Made by a program: the position numbers and the translations under genes. Shown here piece after piece: positions 40,373-52,766 of a stretch of 63,286 bases of DNA. The stretch is from positions 1 through 63,286 of the forward strand of contig NW_021831858.1 of NCBI RefSeq assembly GCF_006345805.1, read 5' to 3'. The stretch's first letter is position 1; each line of letters begins with the position of its first letter. This stretch comes from Octopus sinensis. Its lineage: Eukaryota. A model generated the notes under the pieces. That model saw nothing but the letters and a program-made list of their open reading frames with translations. It was not told the DNA's origin and ran no database searches.

Positions 40373-40897
40373 GACCTTAACCAGTTGAGCATGTCCCTTA
40401 GTGGCTGACGATATGTTGTTTTGTCTTGGTATAAAAGATGGGCTACAGCAAATATTCTGCTCAATACCACAGATTTGCTTGTCAGTTGTTTGACCTTAAC
40501 CAGTTGAGCATGTCCCTTAGTGGCTGACGATATGTGCATCTCTGATCACGAGCAGAAGTAGTGGGGGAGCATCATAGCCATGTGTTGAGAGGGATTCTTT
40601 GGGGTTTGAATAATTCACCTCTGGAAACATGGGTGGTTCTTTGAACATCCTTAAACAACCCTTATTCAGGGACCGTTTGAGCGGGATGGGCTACTCGACC
40701 TGAAGAAAATTCTAACTGGGCCCCACCTGCAAGGTCATGTGCTGTTTATCTTGATATGAGATCACCATGTCGCGCACATATGGTTGTGATGCATGTGCCT
40801 GGTGTACCTTTATCAGACGGGTAGTCATGATGGGTATATTGGACTTCGTATATTTTACCCCAGTGTCACTTTGATGGCATGAACTGCTCTCTCACTC

Positions 40898-40966
<69 letters not shown>
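39144..40966 (+). mobile_element. Three head-to-tail copies of an approx. 540-bp element (family D), each ending in (AAT)n-type repeats
   Basis: Copies 39144-39682, 39721-40265 and 40373-40897; shared end GCATGCAC..CTCTCTCACTC followed by AAT/AAC repeats. Confidence 0.85.
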
Positions 40967-40967
<1 letters not shown>

Positions 40968-41975
40968 GAGAGCCATAAGCTGCAAATAAAACTTTACAAC
41001 AATGTTTTGCAACAACCTAGTATGATTCCCTCTTGGCTAGTTAATGTTGTTATATTCTTACTACCGAAGAATGAAGAAACAAATGAACCAAAAAATTATA
41101 GACCCATAACCTGCTTAACAACAATGTATGAAATGCTAACATTTGTCTTGACTGAATATACCTATAGTTTTCTAATAGAAAGTGGCATATTCCTCAATGA
41201 GCAAAAAAGATGTAAACGTGGGTTGTAAAGATCCACTACTCATCAATAAGATGAACTTGGAAGATTGTCACATACGACATAAAAACTCGCTGATCGCCTA
41301 GATAGACTATAAAAAAAGATTTTTGTAGTTTCCCTCATAGCTGAATTAAGAAATGTCTGGGAATGTATAAAACAGCATCTGCTCTGCGAAACTTCTTCTC
41401 TGTAAGTAAGAGATCATGGAGAACCACACTGACTTTGAACAGTGACAATGAATCTCTCAATGCTGAAGATGTAAGAATTTCATTTGACATTCTCCAGGGT
41501 GACTCTTTATCACCGCTCCTCTTTTCTGTAACCTTCATACCTCTCAAGAAATTGCACGATGATGCATAATATGGAAATAAAATGTTTGATAAAAATATAA
41601 ATCATCTCATTTACATTGATGATTTAAAGCTCTTTTCGGAAAATGACTAACAACTACAGGGCTTACCAGCGATTGTTAAATAATTCAGTGATGACACCAG
41701 GATGCAATTTGGCCTCGATATATGTTCAAGGGCTACCTTTATCAAAAGTAAAACGAGAGAAACAGCCATCGTTAATCTTGACCAGCAGAATGTCATAAAG
41801 GAGCTAGAACCAGCGGAGAGCTACAAATATCTAGTTATATTTGAAGGTGATGGAATCAAAAATGGTTGACAATACATAGAATGCACCACCCTAAGGCAGA
41901 TATAGAGCGACTTTACCTGCCAAGAAAAGATGGTGGTCGTGGACTTTTGCAACTGAAATTAACAATGAAGATGGC
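40967..41975 (+). pseudogene. R4/Dong-type reverse transcriptase fragment with stops and frameshifts
   Basis: NYRPITCL, IDYKK, QGDSLSPLLF, INHLIYIDDLKLF, FGLD, YKYL, HHPKADIERLYLPRKDGGRGL. Confidence 0.9.
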
Positions 41976-42005
41976 TACAATTGAAAACTCTGAAAAACTC
42001 TGAAA

Positions 42006-42345
42006 AACTTATTCTATCGGCCTCTTATACCGAACCGCTAGCTAACGGGGACGTAAACACACCAGCATCGGTTGTCAAACGATGGTGGGAGGACAGACGC
42101 GCAAACTTATACACACATATACACATACACGCATATATATAAATATACATATACATACACACACACATATATATATACACACATTATATACACGACGTGC
42201 TTCTACATAGTTCTGTCAACCAAATTTTTGTTCAGAAGGCATTGATCTTCGCGAAGCTATAACAGTAGGCAATTATTCAGTATGCTATGCACTGGAATTG
42301 AACTAGAAACCACGCGGTTTCAAAGCGAACTTCCTAGACACACGT
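42006..42345 (-). mobile_element. Family B SINE, decayed
   Basis: CCGAACCGCTAGCTAACGGGGACGTAAACACACCAGCATCGGTTGTCAAACGATGGTGGG. Confidence 0.75.
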
Positions 42346-42639
42346 GTTGGACATATATATACGGCATGTGTCTATGATACAATATATATGTAAATATATA
42401 TTTATATGCAAATATAATCACATTATTATAAATAGAGAAACTCTCTAACTGGAATTGGTATGCTTTAAAATTCTCGCGAGACTCGTATGGAAATCGTCGG
42501 CAAATTTAATTTAAATTTTGATTCACCCATATATTTCTGTGCACGTGTGTTTGTGTTTGAGAGTAATGTTTGTGCATGTTTATGTATGTAAGTATGTATG
42601 TGTGAGAGTGAGCTTTTGTAATCAGATATATGTCCTTGC

Positions 42640-42648
42640 GTGGGTGGG

Positions 42649-42707
<59 letters not shown>

Positions 42708-42863
42708 TTGTGCGTGTGTACGTGTATATAGATATATATATATGTGATGTATACATATATATATATATATGTGTGTGTGTGTATGTATGTATGTATGTAT
42801 GTATATGCGTACGTATATGTATATGTAAACATAAATATGTGTATATACATATATAGATATACA

Positions 42864-42916
<53 letters not shown>

Positions 42917-43549
42917 ATAAATGTTTGAAGGTAGGTGCGTGCGTGTGTGTGTATGTTGTGTGTGTGTGGAAAGAGGGAAAGAGAGAGATGTTAATAACAG
43001 TTTAATGTCTATCTATCTATCTATCTATCTACTTATCTATCCCTTTCTGTATATATCTTGAATGTCAACATACTAAGCATCGATTTTTGCGTGCGAGTAT
43101 ATACATATACGCGTGTATACATTCACACCCATATATATGCGCTCATGTGTTTATATGCGTGTATGTATGTATGTATGTATTTATGTGAGTGTGTCTGTGT
43201 ATGTATGTGTGTGTGTATGTGTGTGTGTGTCTGTGTCTGTGTCTCTGTGTGTGTGTGTGTGTGCATGGGAACACACCTTATGTGTGTCAGGCAAAAGCGA
43301 TAGAAAATTTTGTTCTGTTTGTTTAAGTAGTTTTTTGTAGAGAATTTATTTTTAAAATTCTTCTCAAATATGCCAACTTCTTTCAATTCAACGATAAGAA
43401 AATGAGAGAATCAACAGAAAAACCATACCAGAGATTAAAAATATAAGAATTGTTGAACGGATAAGAAAGATGAGGATCATATGAGCATAATCACAGAAAG
43501 CGGCAACAGGAACACTAACAACAACAGCAACAACAGTAGTAGTAGTATC

Positions 43550-43581
<32 letters not shown>

Positions 43582-43611
43582 CAGCAGCAGTAGTAGTAGT
43601 AGTAGTAGTGT

Positions 43612-43644
<33 letters not shown>

Positions 43645-43701
43645 GGTTGTGGTGGTGGTTATAGTGATGGTATTAATAATAATAATTATTATCATTATTA
43701 C

Positions 43702-43736
<35 letters not shown>

Positions 43737-43759
43737 TATTATTATTATCATCATCATCA

Positions 43760-43814
<55 letters not shown>

Positions 43815-43815
43815 A
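42640..43815. repeat. (TA)/(TG)/(TATC)/(AGT)/(ATT) microsatellites
   Basis: Direct reading. Confidence 0.9.
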
Positions 43816-43927
43816 GTTTTAAGAAAGGATACTCTTGTGATGTTTCTCAAACTCAATAATAAACACAACAATAACAACCACAACATCATAAGCAATATCA
43901 ACAGCGAACAGCAACTGCAGCACTTGC

Positions 43928-43962
<35 letters not shown>

Positions 43963-44131
43963 CAGTAGTGGGAGGAAGAAGGGGAGGAATTGCAAAAGAA
44001 GAAAACGTCGATGTTTTCTTCTAATACTTGATTAATTAAATTGAAAATAATTTATTGAGGTTATTTGGTTTTATTTTTTTTTTTTGTATTTGTTGTTTTC
44101 CTGATTTGTTTTGTTTTTTTTTTTCTTTCAG

Positions 44132-44155
44132 AAAGGAACACGATAAGAAAATTAG
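44132..44155 (+). CDS. Candidate 24-nt microexon (xRNTIRKL in phase 1, or xKEHDKKI in phase 2)
   Basis: About 50-nt U-rich tract ending TTCTTTCAG, purine-rich 24 nt (multiple of 3), TAG/GTATTA donor, inside non-repetitive DNA. Confidence 0.4.
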
Positions 44156-44800
44156 GTATTAGTTCTGTATAATATTTTATATATATATTTATTTTTCTTC
44201 CAAAATGGCTATCAGTAGTTTTGTTTCTATTTCAAATTAAGAAGAATGTATTTTTGGATTCTTGAAATATATTTTATTTATTTATTTATGTTATGTCATT
44301 ATAATTTTTGCTTTGCTTTCCCTTTGTTTATATTAATGGTAATGAACTCTTATCATTTGCTAAACACTGATTCTTTAATAAAATTAGGTTTCTACGACAC
44401 TCCTAACATTTATTTATTCTTTCTTTTTTCTTTTTGTTATTTTCTTTCCCTTTTGCTTTCTTCTTACTCAGTTCATCACATCCCAGCCCATCCCAGCCCA
44501 GAGACACTGAGACGAGACAGACCAACCCAGCGCGGAAACTTTACATTTCTTTTCCTAACTTCTGAAATTACTTTGGGTGTTTACTCATTTACCCAGTTGT
44601 TGCATCATTGAGTCATACTTGACATTCGATTCATTTTATTTGTTTTGTTTTATTTTTATTTCTTCTACTTTCACTTTCGTTTTTGAAATTTGCTGTTTCA
44701 TAATCAAATATTTATCATATGAAACGGTCAAATAATTTGAGTTGTAACCTTAACACTGATTGGTTGTCCATAGTTACATTACTTATATACCATATAATTA

Positions 44801-45061
44801 TCTTTTATCTTTTACTTGTTTCAGACATTAGTGTGCGGCCATGTAGGAGCATCAACTTCAACAATTTAGTTTAGTCGAATGAATTGACTCCAGTGCGCAT
44901 TTTTAAAATTTTTTCTTCAGCCTGCTAATTATTCTATTGGTCTTTTTGCCGAACCGCTAAGTTACAGGTACGTAAACATATCAACACTGGTTATCAAGCG
45001 GTGGTGGGATACAAACAAAGGCACAAAGTTATGTCCGCGCGCGTGCACACGCATGCATGCT

Positions 45062-45110
<49 letters not shown>

Positions 45111-45273
45111 CGGCGGGGCTTTTTCAGTTTCCGTCTACCAAATCCATTCACCGGGATTTGGTCGCCCGAGGCTATAGTAGAAGAAACATGCCGAAGGGAC
45201 GAAGCAGTGAGACTGAACACGGAAGCATGTGGTTGGAAACCAAGCTTCTTACTTCAAGCCCAGGCCTGCGCCT
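44801..45273 (-). mobile_element. Family B SINE (CORE-like, OR2-like), full length with internal (TA)n
   Basis: TTTCAGTTTCCGTCTACCAAATCCA...GAGGCTATAGTAGAAG, CCGAACCGCTAAGTTAC. Confidence 0.85.
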
Positions 45274-45511
45274 TCACAGCCACGCCTGTTCTTTATTAAT
45301 TAATATATTTATTTATTTTTATTTATTTAGTTTTCACCTTCAGTCAATATTCAGCAGTTATACTGGAACCCCATATTTAAATATTTTAATCATTTTCATT
45401 CCTCATTACGTATTTCAATTTCATGTTTATGCAACCGATTCTGTTTATAGAAATGCTACGTTACATTTTGACGAGAAGGTACACATGTGTGTGTGTATAT
45501 ATATATATATA

Positions 45512-45884
45512 CTAGCAGCATCGCCCGGCGTTGCTCGGGTTTGTAAGGGAAATAACTATATAAGCATTTTTAGAGTGTTATAGCCAAAAATGGAAAAAAA
45601 AATGATGGTAAATTTTTTTTAAATCGTTGACTCATCGTAGACATTTTTAGAGAGTTACTTCCCTTATATAATAGCGAAAAAATGCATTAAAATGGAAAAA
45701 AATTATGGTAATTTTTTTTTAATCGTAGACTCATCGTAGACGCGCGCTAATACCCAGAAGGGCTCGATATGAATCACGACTATAAGATACCCGGTTTTGG
45801 TTAAACTGCACCGCAAAATGTGGGAGTAGTTAGGAATCTAAATCGTAGGAGACAGACACACAACTTCACTTTTGTATATAAAGA
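45512..45884 (-). mobile_element. Non-autonomous Helitron, 373 bp, both termini present
   Basis: Minus strand A/TC start at 45884; 3' hairpin CCCG-AGCAACGC-CGGG then CTAG/T at 45512; inserted between A and T in (TA)n; internal duplication. Confidence 0.75.
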
Positions 45885-46049
45885 TATATATAAACATATA
45901 TAAAAAGAAAGAATCTTGTGACAACACCCACCATACACACACACCAATGCGCACACACATAAATATACACATTCTGTATATGGATAATATACATTCAAAA
46001 CCCTGAAATGCGTTAGAAATGCTAGACCAGACAGTCTTTGAAAGATTTT

Positions 46050-46253
46050 CAAATTGGCCCTTACGTAAAATATTGGTTTCAAATGAGGGAGTGGTAAATC
46101 GATTAGCACGATCCCAGTGCTCTCTTGGTACCGATTTTTATCGATCCCAACGGGATGAAAGGTGAAGTTGTCCTCTGCGGAATTTGAACTCAGAACGTGA
46201 AGGCGGACGAGAACATTTTCTCGGCGTACTAACAGTTCTGCCATCTCCCCGCC
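46050..46253 (-). mobile_element. Family A SINE, diverged
   Basis: GGGATGAAAGG...GCGGAATTTGAACTCAGAACG. Confidence 0.8.
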
Positions 46254-46269
46254 TAGCCCTCTATATATA

Positions 46270-46487
46270 ATATTCTTTTCTACTCTAGGCATAAGGCCCG
46301 AAATTTTTGGAGAGGGAGCCAGTCGATTAGATCGATCCCAATATGCAACTGGTACTTAATTTATCGACCCCGAAAGGATGAAAGGCAAAGTCGACCTCGG
46401 CGGAATTTGAACTCAGAACGTAAAGACAGGCGTAATTCGCTTAGCATTTCACCCGGCGTGCTAACGTTTCTACCAGCTCGCCGCCTT
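46270..46487 (-). mobile_element. Family A SINE, young full-length copy
   Basis: ATCGACCCCGAAAGGATGAAAGGCAAAGTCGACCTCGGCGGAATTTGAACTCAG...CCAGCTCGCCGCCTT. Confidence 0.92.
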
Positions 46488-46512
46488 CCCCTACATCTAA
46501 TATTAAAACTGT

Positions 46513-46698
46513 GAAGGTCGGTGAGCTTGTAGAACCGTTAGCAGGCCAGGCAAAATGCTTAGCTATATTTCGTCCGTCTATATGCTTTGAGTTCAAATTC
46601 CACTGAGGTCAATTTCGTCTTTTATCCTTTCGAGATCGATAACTTAAGTACCAGTTATGTACCGAATATGCTGGCCTTGTACGAAAAATTCAAACCAA
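46513..46698 (+). mobile_element. Family A SINE with internal deletion
   Basis: Head GAGCTTGTAGAACCGTTAGC, GAGTTCAAATTCC, TTATCCTTTCGAGATCGATAACTTAAGTACCAG. Confidence 0.8.
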
Positions 46699-47940
46699 TA
46701 TTAAAGCTGTGCCGTAAAGATGATGTTTTTCGCTCAGATTCCAGCAATTATGCTAGCATTGATTAGTTGCTGACCAAGGAAGACGTGTTACACAGTTGCG
46801 ATTCTCGTTAGGTTTATGTTCATATATTCTGGGATGGATCTGCTGCTGTATTCAGTTCTCCTAGTTACTCCCTCTTTCTTAAAAACAAAAGAGAAGAACA
46901 CGTTGGATAATACCTATTCCTGGAAACACTATGTCTTTTAGAAAGATACTAAAAAAATCTTCACGGTTGAAAAAAGATATGCATGCTTAAGTGCAGACAA
47001 CATCAAGGACGAATTTTGGCTGATTTACAACGAGTTATTCAACTACTCAGTAAGACTTCGACTTTCGGGCATCAGCTAAGTCTCTCTGTACCTCTTTTCA
47101 CCCACTGCTATTGTGACTTCTGGTCTTCTGAACTAGTAACACACGTACCACTTTCACGTTCAATAGCCACCTTTCTCCTTTTCATCATCTCTACATTTTC
47201 TGACAACAGCAACCCAGCACTCAGTAATTTACTACGCACTCCTACTGATATCTTCTCACATATATTACATCGCCGACATTGCGTTGTTTAGCCCTAAGCC
47301 AATCCAGTTTTGTGTGGACCTATCATAAAAAGATGTATTAGATATCCCTAGTCATCCAGTATTTTTTATTCAATGTTTCCTGTTTTATACGCTTGAGTGT
47401 GATGCTACAAAAATTTAGCTGATGTTCCTAGCAGACCGTGTGCTTGCTTCAGTAATCATAGGGTGCATCCTGTCTCATGGTGTTTTTTTTTTTTCTATCG
47501 CCACAAGTATCAATTCACATAATGTTACCGCCACGACCTCTTCGATGAAGGACGACTTATAAAGGTCAAGGTAATCTACCCTGCTCCTCTTCTTGCTAAT
47601 AAATGCTCAAGAAATATTTTCTTCATTTCTCAACTTTGCTCACTCTATCATCATCGCCTCTTCCAATAATTACTCCTTTGCTTTTCACTCTTTCACATTT
47701 TCTTCTCCGTCTCCTTCTACCTTCATCACATGTACACACTCACTTTCTCTCACTTCCTATTCTTCTTTCTCTCTTTTTCCTCTTTCTCACTCTCATCCAT
47801 TCCTGTCCTTGCCATTCAATCTCTCTTTGACACTTTCTATTTCAGACACACTCCTCTCCCACTATCATTCTCCACTTCAGTTACTCCTCCTTTTTCTCTC
47901 GCCATAATCATCTCGATATATATGCATATCAACACAAATA

Positions 47941-48076
<136 letters not shown>

Positions 48077-48646
48077 GCATATTATACGCAGAGATTAGTT
48101 TCACCATATTTCCTTCTTCCTTTTTTAATTTGTCGCACCAATTATTCCCCACCAACCCTGCATCTCCGTCATCAACATCTCTTTTCGCCCCTTTCCTCTA
48201 TTTAATTACCTGTTTTTCGTGCTCTATTGCTCTATCGCTTCTCTCCTACTTAAAAACCTAAATTCTATTTAATTACCACACTAAGGTGAAGAAGACTTCT
48301 TGACTTTTGCACCTTAAGGCAAAAAACTACCCCACAATAAAAAAGCAGCAACATAATCCCTAACACACAGTTACACAATTACACAGCCAATGTATCATTT
48401 CCAATTGTTTTGTTGTAGATTTAATATTTTTTAAATTTTATATTTCCTTTGTTATTTTTCAGTTGAATTTTGTTTTGTTTCATGCGTTTTACGCCCTAAA
48501 TCTTTTCTGTTTATTCTGGTAGTTATTTTTTTTTTTGTATTCTTAATAAATTTCTTTTCACCCGAAGTGATTTAAAATTAACAGAGGAAATAAAATATGA
48601 AACAAACAAACACTGCAAACAAATAAAACTTTAAAATAACAATAGC

Positions 48647-48705
<59 letters not shown>

Positions 48706-49090
48706 CAACAACAACGGTAGCAATAATAAATATTTAACAATTAAAATTTAAATAAACATAGAAATAATAAACAATATATGATAAATTTATAAAAAAAAAG
48801 AAAAACAAATTTCTTCCCATATTAACCTTAATAACAAATACTGCTTCCAACATCATTAACATCAAGAACAACCACAATGACAATAACTACAACCACATAC
48901 GATAATATGTTACTCACACGCTGCCAACGTTTTACAATCATTAAAATAACGATATAAATCTCAAAACTACAGCAAAAGACTGAAATATTTTCACACCCAC
49001 ATTACATTCGCTGCATCATGTTTCAAACACACAGATGTATATGTATGCATGTATGTATACATCTATGTATGTATGTGTACGCATATATAC

Positions 49091-49460
49091 GGCTGTGTGG
49101 TAAGTAGCTTGGTTATCAACCACATAGTTCCGGGTTCAGACCCACTGCGTGGCACCTTGGGCAAGTGTCTTCTACTATAGCCTCAGGCTGCCCAAACCTT
49201 GTGAGTGGATTTGTTAGACGGAAACTGAAAGAAGCCCGTCGTATATATATATATATATATATAATAATATGTGTGTGTCTTTGCGTCTGTGTTTGTCACC
49301 CCACCATCGCTTGACATCCGATGTTGGTGTGTTTACGTCCCCGTAACTTAGTGGTTCGGCAAAAGAGACCGATATCATAAGTACTAGGCTTACAAAAAAT
49401 AAGTCCTGGGGTCGATTTATTCGACTAAAGGCGGTGCTCCAAAGAAAAAGAATAAAAGAA
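49091..49460 (+). mobile_element. Family B SINE
   Basis: GGCTGTGTGGTAAG head, GGTTCAGACCC B-box, CORE-like GCACCTTGGGCAAGTGTCTTCTACTATAGCC. Confidence 0.9.
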
Positions 49461-49511
49461 TATATATATAACAATTGCAGCGTGGATATATATATACATA
49501 TACATATATAT

Positions 49512-49907
49512 AGGCGCAGGCATGGCTGTGTGGTATAAAGCTGGTTTCCCAACCATATGTTTCTGTGATCAGTAGCACCTTAGACAAGTGTCTTCTACTA
49601 TAGCCTTGGGTCGACACAAGCCTTGTGAATGGGTTTCGTAGACAGAAACTGAAAGAAGCTCGTCATATAATTATTTGTGTGAGGAGAGTGATTTTGTGCT
49701 TGTGTTTGTCCACCACCACAGCTTAACAACCACTGTTGGTGTGTTTATGCCCACGTAACTTAGTGGTTTGGCAATAAGAGTTCGATAAAGTAAATACCAG
49801 TCTTAAAAAGAAAAAAATACTGGGATCGATTCTTTCGACTAAAATTCTTCAAGTGCGTGCTATGGCCGCAGTTCAATGATTGAAAAGAGAAAAAAGAATA
49901 AAATGAT
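49512..49907 (+). mobile_element. Family B SINE, older copy in tandem
   Basis: AGGCGCAGGCATGGCTGTGTGG, GCACCTTAGACAAGTGTCTTCTACTATAGCC. Confidence 0.85.
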
Positions 49908-49917
49908 ATACAGAGAA

Positions 49918-49918
49918 G

Positions 49919-50011
<93 letters not shown>

Positions 50012-50012
50012 G

Positions 50013-50051
<39 letters not shown>

Positions 50052-50080
50052 GTAGATAGGTAGATAGATAGATAGATAGT

Positions 50081-50128
<48 letters not shown>

Positions 50129-50163
50129 GATAGATAGATAGGTAGATAGGTAGATAGATAGAT

Positions 50164-50260
<97 letters not shown>
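49918..50260. repeat. (GATA)n, about 340 bp
   Basis: Direct reading. Confidence 0.97.
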
Positions 50261-50261
<1 letters not shown>

Positions 50262-50569
50262 TGTTCTTTATTAGCCACACAGGGCTGCACACAGATAGAA
50301 CAAATTACAAGGTAGAGCTTTTCTTTTGAAGGTTTAAAAAAAAAAAAAGGAAGGGGGAGTTTCGATCAAAAGGGATCGTAAAAGGAGAGAAAGAGGACAA
50401 AAAAAGGGGGGTTAAAAAAAAAAGGGGGAGAGGAAAAAAAAATTGATCAATAGGGATCGTTATCACAGAAATGTCAATATGAAGTGTAAAGGGGAGGACA
50501 GGTGAGGTTTACCCGTGGAAAGAAAAGCCTACGAAAAGACCACGGTAACCTCGGTCAATGAAGTCACAT
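50261..50569 (-). mobile_element. Second copy of the approx. 305-bp (GATA)n-embedded element
   Basis: Aligns end to end with 9517-9820. Confidence 0.8.
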
Positions 50570-50636
50570 TTTATATTTCTATAGATAGATAGATAGATAG
50601 ATATACACAATAGTATAGACACATGCGCACGTATAT

Positions 50637-50817
50637 ATAAGAGTGTGTTGAAAAGTTCCTGGCTTTGGGAAAAGAAAATACGGGAGGATCAGTCAATTAT
50701 GATTTTGTTCAACATATTCCCATCTCAGATTCACGCACTTATTGCAGCAGTCCTTCAGTTTTTCTAAGCTCTGCAAAAGAAGCTGGAAGGTTGGGTTTCC
50801 AAACAGGCATTTCGCGA
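50637..50817 (-). mobile_element. Mariner-like MITE, partial
   Basis: TIR-like GTGTTGAAAAGTTCCTGGCTTT; internal CAGATTCACGCACTTATTGCAGCAGTCCTTCAGT is the reverse complement of 23430-23465. Confidence 0.7.
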
Positions 50818-50919
50818 ACAGACTCCTCAGAGGTTGGTGTTGGTATTCGTCGGCAAGACTTTGATTTTATAGTAAAATCGATGAAAATAGTACAGTGAAC
50901 TTCTGGGGGGGGGGGATTC

Positions 50920-50944
50920 AACGTTTCAGAGAGAGCTTCGTCAG
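50920..50944 (-). ncRNA. Hammerhead-like core
   Basis: CUGACGA-AG-CUCUCU-CU-GAAAC-GUU; canonical core, only 2-bp stem II, poor helix I. Confidence 0.4.
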
Positions 50945-51144
50945 AGAAAAGTTGCAAGGAGAGAGATGCATGAGAGATAGCACTTTTTAGTTATTTAGGT
51001 ATATACCTATGTATGACCACAAATACATACATGTATTTGCATATATACATACATACATATATATATATATATATGTGTGTGTACATACAATGTGGAATAT
51101 AAGAATTTTAATATATATATATATATACATATATAGACATGCTT

Positions 51145-51302
51145 CAGGCTTCTTTCAGTTTCCATCTAGCAAATCCACTCAGAAGGCCTTGGTTGGCCCG
51201 AGGCTATAGAAGACACTTGCCCAAGGTTCTACGTAGTAAGACTGTAACCCGGAGCCATGTGGTTGGGAAAGCAGGCTTCTTAGCACACAGCTACGCCTGT
51301 GC
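51145..51302 (-). mobile_element. Family B SINE, 5' half
   Basis: GGCTTCTTTCAGTTTCCATCTAGCAAATCCACTC...GAAGACACTTGCCCAAGG. Confidence 0.85.
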
Positions 51303-51393
51303 ATATATATATATATATACATACATACATACATACATACATACATACATACATACATACACACATACATACATACATACATAAAAATATATA

Positions 51394-51801
51394 CTCTCTA
51401 CTCTTTTACTTGTTTCAGTCATTTGACTGCGGCCTTGCTAGAGCACCGCTTTTAGTTGAGCGAATCGACCCCAGGACTTATTCTTTCTAAGCCTAGTACT
51501 TATTCTATCGCTCTCTTTTGCCGAACCGCTAAGTTACGGGGACGTACACAGAGCAGCATCGGTTGTCAAGCGATGTTGGGGGAACAAACACAAGCACACA
51601 AACATATACACACACATAACATATATATATATATATACGTATACGACAGGCTTCTTTAAGTTTCCGTCTACCAAATCCACTCACAAGCTCGGTCCGAGGC
51701 TATAGTAGAAGACACTTCTCCAAGGTGCCACGCAGTGGGAATGAACCCGGAACTATGTAGTTGGTAAGCAAGCTACTTACCGCACACCCACTCCTGCGCC
51801 T
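51394..51801 (-). mobile_element. Family B SINE, full length
   Basis: TACTTGTTTCAGTCATTTGACTGCGGCC tail through CACTCCTGCGCCT head. Confidence 0.9.
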
Positions 51802-51802
51802 A

Positions 51803-51834
<32 letters not shown>

Positions 51835-51982
51835 TATCATTATTATTATTGATAAAAATATTCTGTAGTCCCATAGTTGCAAGTTTCTGAAAGTGTGCGT
51901 GGGCACGTATGCCAGTACACGAAATATGTACATTCATTTTTACTTATTATACATTAAAATCTGTATAAACACGTACATGCAT

Positions 51983-52023
<41 letters not shown>

Positions 52024-52702
52024 ACATATACATATATATCTATATATATATACATACATATATATATATATTCACACACAAACCAATATACATACACACA
52101 TATATGCATACATAAATGTTTATTTATACAGACAATTAGACATAAACACGCAAGTTACGCTGCGAATCATTCCAGCAAATTTTTCGATTACTTTCACTGT
52201 TTTGTACCGTTTTCTATGCGAACTGGTTCATACATAAATGTGAGGAATTTGTCATTAATAATAGAAATAGACTTTTAGCTCGGGGCTCATTTCATTGTAT
52301 ATTCTTGGAAACCTTATTAAGATTTTCTTTTTTTTTTTTTTTCATAGTAGGGATATTTCTCAAACCAACCAACATTTTTGCAACCTCTCAATGTTTCGCC
52401 TATATATATATATATAATACCATTATTTCTTCCTCATCCCCTAGTGTCCAGAGAATTTTTTTTTTTAATTCTAGCGTGATTATCGTTCATTGTCGTTGTC
52501 ATAATCTTCGTCATCATCATCAGGATTGTAACAATAATTATCATCATTATCATCATCATTATCATCACCAACATCACCCTCATCATTTTCAGAATCATTT
52601 TCTCCATTTCCTTTAAATTCATAGTAACCCTTTCCTCTATTCCTCCTCCTCATCATCATCATTAATTTTGTAATTGTCATCGTCCTCTATGTCTTCTTCA
52701 GC

Positions 52703-52766
<64 letters not shown>

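Noticed and set aside
50805-50835. Apparent second hammerhead core CUGAGGA...GAAAU on the minus strand
   Set aside because: Its 3' half is MITE sequence, so it is a chimeric coincidence; there is no GUH triplet.
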